A stretch of DNA of 44,031 nucleotides from a virus. Lineage: Duplodnaviria; Caudoviricetes. The notes below the pieces were generated by a model, which saw nothing but the letters and a program-made list of their open reading frames with translations, did not search any database and was not told the DNA's origin. Made by a program: the position numbers and the translations under genes. Positions 36,819 through 44,031 of this stretch are shown one piece after another. The stretch lies in the IMG/VR virus record IMGVR_UViG_3300017912_001862, positions 1-44,031 of that record; one strand, given 5' to 3'. Within the stretch, counting starts at the first letter, position 1; every line of letters begins with the position of its first letter.

Positions 36819-39035
36819 TCAAGAACCGATAACTTCACTGAAGGAAACACCAGTCTTGGTTGCTGTTAAAGTAACAGTAATGTAGTTGATAGAGCGTGTT
36901 GGTTTCATGTAGATTTCAGCAACAAACTCATTACGATCAATTACAGATGGTGTGTTGTTAGTATCATCACAAACTACGAGGAAGTCGGTAACTCCTCTTC
37001 TTGCTTGAATCTCACTGAGGTAAGAATTCAAGGCAGAAGCAAAACCAATTCTAGTTGTAGCATCGTTTTGCTCAAACAAGACTCCCTTAGCAAGAGACTC
37101 TGCTCTCTTCTGAACATTCAAGAAGAGACGGCGAACGTTGATACGATCGAAAGCAGAAGGCGAAGAAAGAGCAGTCTTATCTCCAAATAAGATGATACCA
37201 GAACCAGCAAAAGAAGTAATAGGATTAATTCTTGCTTGGTAAAGTTCGTCTCTATCAGCAGATGTTGGGTTGTAAGCAAGTTTAACAGCGTTTCTTAAAC
37301 CACCACGATTGGTTCCAGCGGGGGAATACCAGTCATCAAGTGTAGCAGAAGTAGAAACACAAAGACCAGCAACATCTCCGTTACAAGGAATCCAGCGATA
37401 AACATCGTTGAAACGATCATACATGTACTTATAACCACTATCAAATACAGCGTAAGAAGTAGAAGATAGTGTTGAGAAGAAGTTGAGTGTATTTGTCTTC
37501 TGCTGATTTTTAGTTAAAGCACCAGAAGATCCAATTTGATTTCCTTTGTGGGGAGATACAAAAGCAATACAATCTTTTCTTGTTTGTGCTACAGACATTA
37601 CAGAAGATGCCTTTGCTTTGGTATCAACTTCATCCGCCATCGAACCGCCCATAAGAACAAAGTCAACAGAAGCTTCTTCGTCGGTGGTGAATATGCTATA
37701 AGCACTGGTGATTTCACCAGAGTCGTAATCATAATCATCAGTACCGCCAGTTAAGTTGTACTCAAGAACACCACCAAGTTTGAAAGCATCGCCACTTTCG
37801 AGAGAAGTAGATTCTTGTCCCCATGCCTCGCCAGCACCAGTCGCTTCATCTAGAGTAGCACCAGCATAAACGTACTGGGAACCTTCATTGATAGCGGACT
37901 TCCAGTAAGCAGTTTGACCTTCAGCACCCTTACCATCACTCAACTTGGAAAGATAAAGAGAACGTTCGATAATTGTTCCAGCAGTTCCAGAAATGTCTCC
38001 AGTTGTGTCTACAATAGCAACGTGAATTTGATCGTCGCTTAAACCACGATCTGAAGCGTATTGTGAAGTACCAGGACGTGGACCAATATCAGAAAGGGAA
38101 ATACCACCAACAGTGGTAGTTGTCCACCAGTTTCTTACAGCAGTAACATTAATGTCACTATCTAGACTAGCAACAGTAATGGTGATATCAGAACCATTTC
38201 CTGTATCAGCACCAGCAATAACGATATCCTCATTAACCTCGTAACCATCGCCAGCAGTTAGTAGAGTTACTACGACTGTACCACCTTCTCCACTTGGGGA
38301 TCCACCCGCTTCTCCGCCAGCATCGTTAACCACGACTTGGAACGTAGCACCTTTAGCATCTGCTGGTGGGTTGTAAGTACCAGGAGTTCTTCCTGATTCT
38401 ACTGGAGCGTTAACAACAAAAGTAGCAATTTCATTACCATCTTCTAACTCAGCAGCTGCTGTTATGTAAGTAGAGGTTTTGATTGATAGTTCATAGGTTA
38501 CAGGATCATATCCTTCTACTGTAGCTTCGATGGAATTGCCGCCTTCATTGAAAGTTACGGTGCTGCCAACGACTGGAATCGTATCGGGCATACCGTCGAG
38601 GGTGACGATTTGATCGGGACCTCTGTCAACTACAACAACTTTTAAAGAGTTTCCCCAGTCGCCAGGTGTTTTAGCAACAAAATCTTTTCCAGATCCGACT
38701 CCACCTTGCCAGTCAGATTCGTTTTTTACTGTAACAGCACCAGCAGCGCCAGCAGCGGCAGAAGCAAGTCCTGAAGTTTCAGCACGAACTACAGCAAGTC
38801 TTCCGCCGTAGTTTAGAAACTCGGATGCTACGAACCAATCTTCAGCATTAGTGTTGTTAGGCTTACCAAAAATATCCAACAATTCTTGTTGGGTGCTGAT
38901 AGTTACAATCTCTCCAACGGGACCTCTGGCAAATGTCGAAGCAAAAGCACCAGAGATTGCTGAGGTGTTTGTTACTACGGCATTAGTTAAGTCACGTTCT
39001 TTGATTACAATACCAGGCGAGATAAGACTTGCCAT
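36819..39035 (-). CDS. gp18: Tail sheath protein (T4 gp18)
   Basis: SPGIVIKERDLT, SPAGTNRG, FDRINVRRLF; AATAAATA at 39076-39083. Confidence 0.97.
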   Translation of the reverse strand: MASLISPGIVIKERDLTNAVVTNTSAISGAFASTFARGPVGEIVTISTQQELLDIFGKPNNTNAEDWFVASEFLNYGGRLAVVRAETSGLASAAAGAAGAVTVKNESDWQGGVGSGKDFVAKTPGDWGNSLKVVVVDRGPDQIVTLDGMPDTIPVVGSTVTFNEGGNSIEATVEGYDPVTYELSIKTSTYITAAAELEDGNEIATFVVNAPVESGRTPGTYNPPADAKGATFQVVVNDAGGEAGGSPSGEGGTVVVTLLTAGDGYEVNEDIVIAGADTGNGSDITITVASLDSDINVTAVRNWWTTTTVGGISLSDIGPRPGTSQYASDRGLSDDQIHVAIVDTTGDISGTAGTIIERSLYLSKLSDGKGAEGQTAYWKSAINEGSQYVYAGATLDEATGAGEAWGQESTSLESGDAFKLGGVLEYNLTGGTDDYDYDSGEITSAYSIFTTDEEASVDFVLMGGSMADEVDTKAKASSVMSVAQTRKDCIAFVSPHKGNQIGSSGALTKNQQKTNTLNFFSTLSSTSYAVFDSGYKYMYDRFNDVYRWIPCNGDVAGLCVSTSATLDDWYSPAGTNRGGLRNAVKLAYNPTSADRDELYQARINPITSFAGSGIILFGDKTALSSPSAFDRINVRRLFLNVQKRAESLAKGVLFEQNDATTRIGFASALNSYLSEIQARRGVTDFLVVCDDTNNTPSVIDRNEFVAEIYMKPTRSINYITVTLTATKTGVSFSEVIGS

Positions 39036-39123
39036 GTTTTTCTCCTGTGTAGGTATCCAGATTTTAATCTAAAAATATTTATTATTTCCGAGTTTTCCAC
39101 TGGGGAAACAACACACGAACAAA

Positions 39124-39378
39124 CTACCAGTCAGGATATACATCTTTTATCCTAGGAACTGGGTTATATTCTTCTTTCCTCTTCTCAGTAATTCTTTTTA
39201 TTGTACAATCCTTACACTCGTAAGAATATGCTGATGGTAGAGGTCTTTTATTCTTTCTTGTTAGATAAAAATCAGTGAGTAAATCTTTTTTCTGTCCACA
39301 AGTTCTACATACTCTTTCTTTAAAAAGTAAGTGTTCTAGTGAAAACTGATCTTCTAGGTCCATCAATATGTATTCCAC
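39124..39378 (-). CDS. Small CxxC...CxxC zinc-binding protein (resembles N-terminal Zn modules of endonuclease VII-like proteins)
   Basis: VCRTCG...SYECKDC; no catalytic His/Asn domain; the start may be 39363. Confidence 0.65.
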   Translation of the reverse strand: MEYILMDLEDQFSLEHLLFKERVCRTCGQKKDLLTDFYLTRKNKRPLPSAYSYECKDCTIKRITEKRKEEYNPVPRIKDVYPDW

Positions 39379-41021
39379 ATATACGAAACGTCTTCTTGTT
39401 TGTCACCATATTCCCACAAAGATCCATCTTCTACAAATCCATCATCTCCTTCTAATCCAGTGGTGATAAATCCAAATGGTGCCATATCTTGTTCAATTTG
39501 ATTTTTTTGTTCGTCATATATTCTTTTACGAACATCATTGTCAGTCATTTCTTTGAAATAATCTTGTTGGACTAGCCAAGCAAAGATTACCATACACATT
39601 ACCAAATCATCATGAAACCCTTCATCAGCTTCAAAGGATTGTTTCTTCTGAATAAAAGTAGTCAACTCGTTAATAATATCATAATCATTAAAGATTAGTT
39701 TATCATCCTCAATAATACTTTTTAAGTTAGCACAACCAACCTTCTTCACAGTCACACTCATCTTTACACCCAACTGGGTTTTGGTTCCAGAAAATCCATG
39801 CCCCACAATCTGCCCTGCTCGCCCTCTCATGGCACACATGAGCACGTTAGGATATTCAAGGTCATAATTTAAAATTGACGCTACCTGATCGCCAATATCG
39901 TTAACTTCTGCTAACACCCAGGCATTGTTATATGCTCTAGCAACATCGTTAATAATGTTTGGGAACAACATTGGTTTAACTTCATTGTTCCTATATTTTC
40001 CTACTATACGGTAGGGAACTGTTGTAATGTCAAAAACAATAAAAGCAGAATAGTCTCCGCCAATACCCCTACTAACATCAACTGTAAGAAGATATTCTGA
40101 CTTTTCTTTTGGTTTCTCATAAATATCCAAACCTTTATTTTGACTAATTGGTTCTTCAAACACTAGTGCCTTAAGTTTGGCAGCAGAGATTAGTGTGTCA
40201 ACCGATCCCAGAAATTCACACTCAAACTCTTGTGTGAACTGACGCTGAGACGTGTTCTTGATAGTTTCTTCTTTCCACTTGGCATCCCTACCAGGAACCT
40301 GTGACCAGTGTACTTCGTGGTATGTGTATCCGTTTCTACCACTAACAGCGTCTTGCCACATCTTATAGAAGTGGTTCATACCTTGTGGGGTAGAAATGAT
40401 AATTACTTTCGTGCTTTTACCAGAAGTAATAGTAGGATAAACAGATGCAAAGAACGAGTCAGCAATGTGATTCGGGACGAACGCGAACTCGTCGAGAAAG
40501 ATGATGTTAAACGACATACCTCGGACAGCACTTGCAGACGTAGAAGCTGCCAATATCTTACTGCCATTTTCTAATTCGATGTTTCCTTTGTTCCATACTA
40601 CCACACCTTGCTGGATCCACTTTGGTAGATTTTCATATGCTGTTGCAAGTCTTGCCAAAAGGTCCCTAGCAGTAGATGCTTTGTTTGCTAGGATACCAAT
40701 GTTAACGTTGTCATTAAAGAGAATATAGTGCAACAGATAGGAAACCACCGTAGTAGACTTACCAGTCTGTCTAGGTAGTTTAGCAATGTTAAATCTATTG
40801 TGGTGAAACTTCCTAATCAGTTCTTCCTGGAAGTCCCACATTTTGAATGGTACAAGACCTTCATCTAGAGAAACAATCTGTACATAGTTCTTAGTAAAGT
40901 ATACTGGATCTTCTTTACACTTGACATATTCTTGGATTTGTTTCTTGGTAAAATCAATCTGTACATTCGCTTTTTTTAGAAGCGGATTACCAAGATAAAT
41001 ATCGTCTCCAGCGCCCATCAC
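39363..41021 (-). CDS. gp17: Terminase large subunit (T4 gp17)
   Basis: PRQTGKST, IFLDEFAF, IISTPQG, VDVSRG, HDDLVM; AATAAATA at 41039-41046. Confidence 0.98.
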   Translation of the reverse strand: MMGAGDDIYLGNPLLKKANVQIDFTKKQIQEYVKCKEDPVYFTKNYVQIVSLDEGLVPFKMWDFQEELIRKFHHNRFNIAKLPRQTGKSTTVVSYLLHYILFNDNVNIGILANKASTARDLLARLATAYENLPKWIQQGVVVWNKGNIELENGSKILAASTSASAVRGMSFNIIFLDEFAFVPNHIADSFFASVYPTITSGKSTKVIIISTPQGMNHFYKMWQDAVSGRNGYTYHEVHWSQVPGRDAKWKEETIKNTSQRQFTQEFECEFLGSVDTLISAAKLKALVFEEPISQNKGLDIYEKPKEKSEYLLTVDVSRGIGGDYSAFIVFDITTVPYRIVGKYRNNEVKPMLFPNIINDVARAYNNAWVLAEVNDIGDQVASILNYDLEYPNVLMCAMRGRAGQIVGHGFSGTKTQLGVKMSVTVKKVGCANLKSIIEDDKLIFNDYDIINELTTFIQKKQSFEADEGFHDDLVMCMVIFAWLVQQDYFKEMTDNDVRKRIYDEQKNQIEQDMAPFGFITTGLEGDDGFVEDGSLWEYGDKQEDVSYMWNTY

Positions 41022-41037
41022 ATACTAGTCATATAAA

Positions 41038-41301
41038 CTATTTATTGGGCGGAAATTCTGGACCATTCTCTTCTAACTCTTCAAGTCTCTTTTCCCAAGT
41101 GTCTCCACCAACCTCACCTCTTTGGGGATTGATACATTGATGGTTTCCTAACTTGTTACAAACAAGACCAGCAAGATCTAAATCGTTTCCTTTCGCTCCT
41201 GTACCAGACCAATAGTGCTGACCGTTTATCCAAACTGCTCCACATTTCGGACACTCTGCCCTCGACATAGAAAGGTCGGACATTTCTTTATTTTCTGGCA
41301 T
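41038..41301 (-). CDS. Cys-rich hypothetical protein
   Basis: ECPKCGA.WINGQHYW..DLAGLVCN..CINP. Confidence 0.75.
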   Translation of the reverse strand: MPENKEMSDLSMSRAECPKCGAVWINGQHYWSGTGAKGNDLDLAGLVCNKLGNHQCINPQRGEVGGDTWEKRLEELEENGPEFPPNK

Positions 41302-41365
41302 GTGAGTTGAAACGAACTACAGCATGATTATAGATCTATGTATATAAAAATAGTGTAACAATAAG

Positions 41366-41479
41366 CTACGATTTATTATGAACTATGTTTATACCAATGA
41401 TAGGAACTACTATTAGTAGTAGAGACAAAATGCCTATCCCCCAAGAACTTTCCATTGTATGTCTAACAAACAAAATCAT
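41366..41479 (-). CDS. 37-aa single-TM microprotein (not in the ORF track)
   Basis: MILFVRHTMESSWGIGILSLLLIVVPIIGINIVHNKS; ATGA-coupled to the zwf stop. Confidence 0.6.
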   Translation of the reverse strand: MILFVRHTMESSWGIGILSLLLIVVPIIGINIVHNKS

Positions 41480-42810
41480 GCTGGATAATCCCAATCAGTT
41501 ATGAATTGTGTTTTGTGTTCTGGTCCCCACCCACCGCGGTACAGATAAGGGACAGTACGAATTGGGCAAGAATCGCCAGTACACAGAAGGTCATCTACGA
41601 TCCTCCAAGATTCCATTACCTCGTCGGCATGAACGAAGTGTGATTGATCATCATTAATAGCATCATAAAGAAGTTTCTCATAACCATCAATCGCTCTATC
41701 CTGTGGGTAATCATATGATAATGTAGCAAGTTCTAAATTATCATTTAGACCAGGAGACTTCATATCCATACGAATATCAAGGTGGGGATTTGGTTGAAGA
41801 CGCATTACAATACGATCTCCAGTCTCACCATCATATAATTTTAGTGGAGGTGTTTTGAGTTTAACAACAACCTCTACACATTGATAAGGCATTTTCTTGC
41901 CAGTCATGACGTGAAAAGGAACTCCTTCCCAACGCCAGTTATGCACGAATAAACTACCAGCAAAATAGGTAGGAGTATTACTATCAGGATCAACGCCTGA
42001 CTCGGACTTATATGTGTCATATTGACCCAAGATTGTATTCGTTGACATTGTAGTGGCGGCAAGCACCTTTGTCTTTTCTCTTCTAATTTCTTTAGCATCC
42101 ATTTTACATGGAGGTTCCATAGCAATGAGTGCTAGCACTTGTAGAATATGGTTCTGTAGCATGTCACGAACCTGACCTGCTGTATCATAGTATTGAGCAC
42201 GACCTTCACACCCAATAGTTTCGGAAGCGAAGATTTGAATCTCGTCTATGTACTGCCTGTTCCAAAGTGGTTCCAGTAGAATATTGCTAAAGCGGGTGGT
42301 AAGGATATTATTAACAGTATCTTTACCGAGATAATGATCAATGCGATATACTTGTTTCTCCCGTAGATGTCTAGCAACCACATTTGATAGATGATCAGCA
42401 GATTTAAAATCGTGCCCAAAGGGTTTTTCAATAACCACACGGGATGTTTCTGGGTCATCTAAAAATCCTCCTTGCTTGAGATTGATAATTGCCCATTCGT
42501 ATCGTTCTGGTGGAACGGATAGAAAGTATGTTGTATCGTCCGTTTCGGGAAGTTTATTAAGACTTTCCTGACTAGACAAGTCACAGGAAACATAATCTAA
42601 TTGATGTAGGAATTCTTCTGGATATTCTCCAAGAGATTCTTTCCATGCTTTTACTCCAATATCTCTCCTAGCAGCTCCAGTAATTAAAAATCCCTTTGGA
42701 AGAAGATCTTTCTTCCAAAGTTTATAAAGTGCTGGAATAAGTTTTCTTTTACATAGATCTCCAGTAGCACCGAAGATAACTATGCCTTTAGTGAGCGGTT
42801 CCATTTCCAT
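41476..42810 (-). CDS. zwf: Glucose-6-phosphate dehydrogenase
   Basis: GATGDL, IEKPFG, YRIDHYLGK, RDMLQNH; true start probably 42810 or 42804, not 42906. Confidence 0.97.
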   Translation of the reverse strand: MEMEPLTKGIVIFGATGDLCKRKLIPALYKLWKKDLLPKGFLITGAARRDIGVKAWKESLGEYPEEFLHQLDYVSCDLSSQESLNKLPETDDTTYFLSVPPERYEWAIINLKQGGFLDDPETSRVVIEKPFGHDFKSADHLSNVVARHLREKQVYRIDHYLGKDTVNNILTTRFSNILLEPLWNRQYIDEIQIFASETIGCEGRAQYYDTAGQVRDMLQNHILQVLALIAMEPPCKMDAKEIRREKTKVLAATTMSTNTILGQYDTYKSESGVDPDSNTPTYFAGSLFVHNWRWEGVPFHVMTGKKMPYQCVEVVVKLKTPPLKLYDGETGDRIVMRLQPNPHLDIRMDMKSPGLNDNLELATLSYDYPQDRAIDGYEKLLYDAINDDQSHFVHADEVMESWRIVDDLLCTGDSCPIRTVPYLYRGGWGPEHKTQFITDWDYPA

Positions 42811-42919
42811 TATAGTCTTCTGAGTCGTAGTAGTTATTTTCACCTTTTCGTAGCCCGAAATAGATGGTGGCACATACAAACGGTAGTGCTCCCCAAAGTA
42901 AGACATCAGCGAACGTCAT
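42788..42919 (-). CDS. ndhP: NdhP-like subunit of cyanobacterial NDH-1L, 43 aa (not in the ORF track)
   Basis: MTFADVLLWGALPFVCATIYFGLRKGENNYYDSEDYNGNGTAH: a single TM helix and an FG...YD..Y.GNG.AH C-terminus as in NdhP. Confidence 0.8.
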   Translation of the reverse strand: MTFADVLLWGALPFVCATIYFGLRKGENNYYDSEDYNGNGTAH

Positions 42920-43934
42920 GACCACCAAACATTGCCCTCATTCCATTGAGGATTTTATTTGCAAATTTACCTAGTCGTCTTGACCCAAATCTTTCGTATA
43001 GCGCACTACTAATAACAGGAGCGGGTACGCCAAGATCCACAGCAGCATGAACAGTCCAACGACCCTCACCACTGTCTGATACACCACCATCGAACTTGCT
43101 AAGCTCTCTATCGCTGCGTAAAACATCAGCGGTAAGGTCAAGTAACCAAGACCCAACCACGCTACCACGACGCCACAACTCAGCCACCTTAGCAACATTA
43201 ATGTCGTAACAATAGTCTTCTGGGCTATCCATTGGAGCGACTTCAGCATCTCCTTCTTTGACATACTTGGCACCTGCATTTGCTTCATGTAAAATATTGA
43301 AACCTTCGGCATATGCTTGCATGATGCCATACTCTACGCCATTATGCACCATCTTCACAAAGTGACCAGCGCCTGCAGGACCGCAGAACATCCATCCATA
43401 CTCTTCTGGATACCAAGTGAAACCGTCTCCGTTATTTGTTCGTGGGGCAGCACTAATGCCTGGTGAGAGGGCGTCGAAAATAGGACGACATACATCGACT
43501 GCTGTATCTGTACCACCAACCATAAGACAATATCCACGCTCCAAACCATAAACACCACCACTAGTGCCACAGTCAATATATTGGATGCCCAGTTTAGACA
43601 ACCTTTCTGCCCTGCGTCTAGAGTCTTTAAAATTGGAATTGCCATGATCAATAATAATATCGCCTTCCACACAAAACTGTAATAACTCATTGAGTGTATC
43701 CTCTACTAATTCTGCAGGAATAACGAGTTGAAAAATGCCAGGATTATTACCCTGCTTAACTGCTTGAACAAGGTTTTCCAAAGTAGTAGCAACTCCACTG
43801 ACATACCCCTTTTCAAACGCTTCCTCTGCCTTCGCATAGTTGCGTCTGTAACCCCAGGTTTCAATGCCTGCTTTCATCATACGGCGAGACATACCCTCGC
43901 CCATACGACCAAGACCAATCAATCCTACTTTCAT
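42906..43934 (-). CDS. gnd: 6-phosphogluconate dehydrogenase (short form)
   Basis: GLGRMG, IDHGNS, GTSGG, AGHFVKMVHNGVEYG, MRAMFGGH. Confidence 0.97.
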   Translation of the reverse strand: MKVGLIGLGRMGEGMSRRMMKAGIETWGYRRNYAKAEEAFEKGYVSGVATTLENLVQAVKQGNNPGIFQLVIPAELVEDTLNELLQFCVEGDIIIDHGNSNFKDSRRRAERLSKLGIQYIDCGTSGGVYGLERGYCLMVGGTDTAVDVCRPIFDALSPGISAAPRTNNGDGFTWYPEEYGWMFCGPAGAGHFVKMVHNGVEYGIMQAYAEGFNILHEANAGAKYVKEGDAEVAPMDSPEDYCYDINVAKVAELWRRGSVVGSWLLDLTADVLRSDRELSKFDGGVSDSGEGRWTVHAAVDLGVPAPVISSALYERFGSRRLGKFANKILNGMRAMFGGHDVR

Positions 43935-44031
43935 GGGATAACTCTGATTACCTCTTCTTTTACTTTATCTATAACCTGATTCATTAAGTTAATGTCAATA
44001 TTCATAAATGGAGGTATTACTCCAATTGCTC
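43931..44031 (-). CDS. 3' end of a hypothetical gene (partial)
   Basis: ...AIGVIPPFMNIDINLMNQVIDKVKEEVIRVIP*, ATGA-coupled to gnd. Confidence 0.55.
   Translation of the reverse strand, partial: AIGVIPPFMNIDINLMNQVIDKVKEEVIRVIP

Noticed and set aside
41355-41369. Possible NtcA site GTA...TAC downstream of zwf
   Set aside because: The spacer is 9 nt, not the required 8
42811-42906. N-terminal extension of Zwf in the ORF track
   Set aside because: Better explained by the overlapping ndhP-like gene in another frame; the Rossmann motif begins right after MEPLTKG
1-44031. tRNAs, introns/inteins, integrase or IS elements
   Set aside because: None recognised by eye; the intergenic gaps are accounted for, and gp43, gp41, gp17 and gp20 are of normal length

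Overview
A 44-kb piece of a T4-like marine cyanomyovirus genome; a Synechococcus host is suggested by gnd/zwf, but that is inference. Essentially all genes are on the minus strand. In transcription order (right to left): an auxiliary metabolic cassette upstream of the large terminase (gnd, an unannotated ndhP-like micro-ORF, zwf); the virion module (gp17-gp23, gp3); uvsY/uvsW; gp55; gp47/gp46; a VWA plus MoxR/CobS-like AAA+ pair; gp45/gp44; a Dam-like methylase; gp62; regA; hsp20; three tandem Sm-like genes; gp43; uvsX; gp41; mazG; a late-promoter operon (PD-(D/E)XK-like protein, ligase-fold KxDG protein, HIGH-type nucleotidyltransferase); probable internal-head proteins; primase; and the 5' part of nrdA. 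The most notable signals the ORF track does not explain are: a complete candidate -1 programmed frameshift cassette at 4742-4815; a promoter-and-terminator-bounded ~75-nt RNA between regA and hsp20, followed by a ROSE-like thermometer; back-to-back sigma70 promoters giving an antisense transcript near gp55; and the hidden ndhP gene. All calls come from manual reading and motif recognition; no searches were run.
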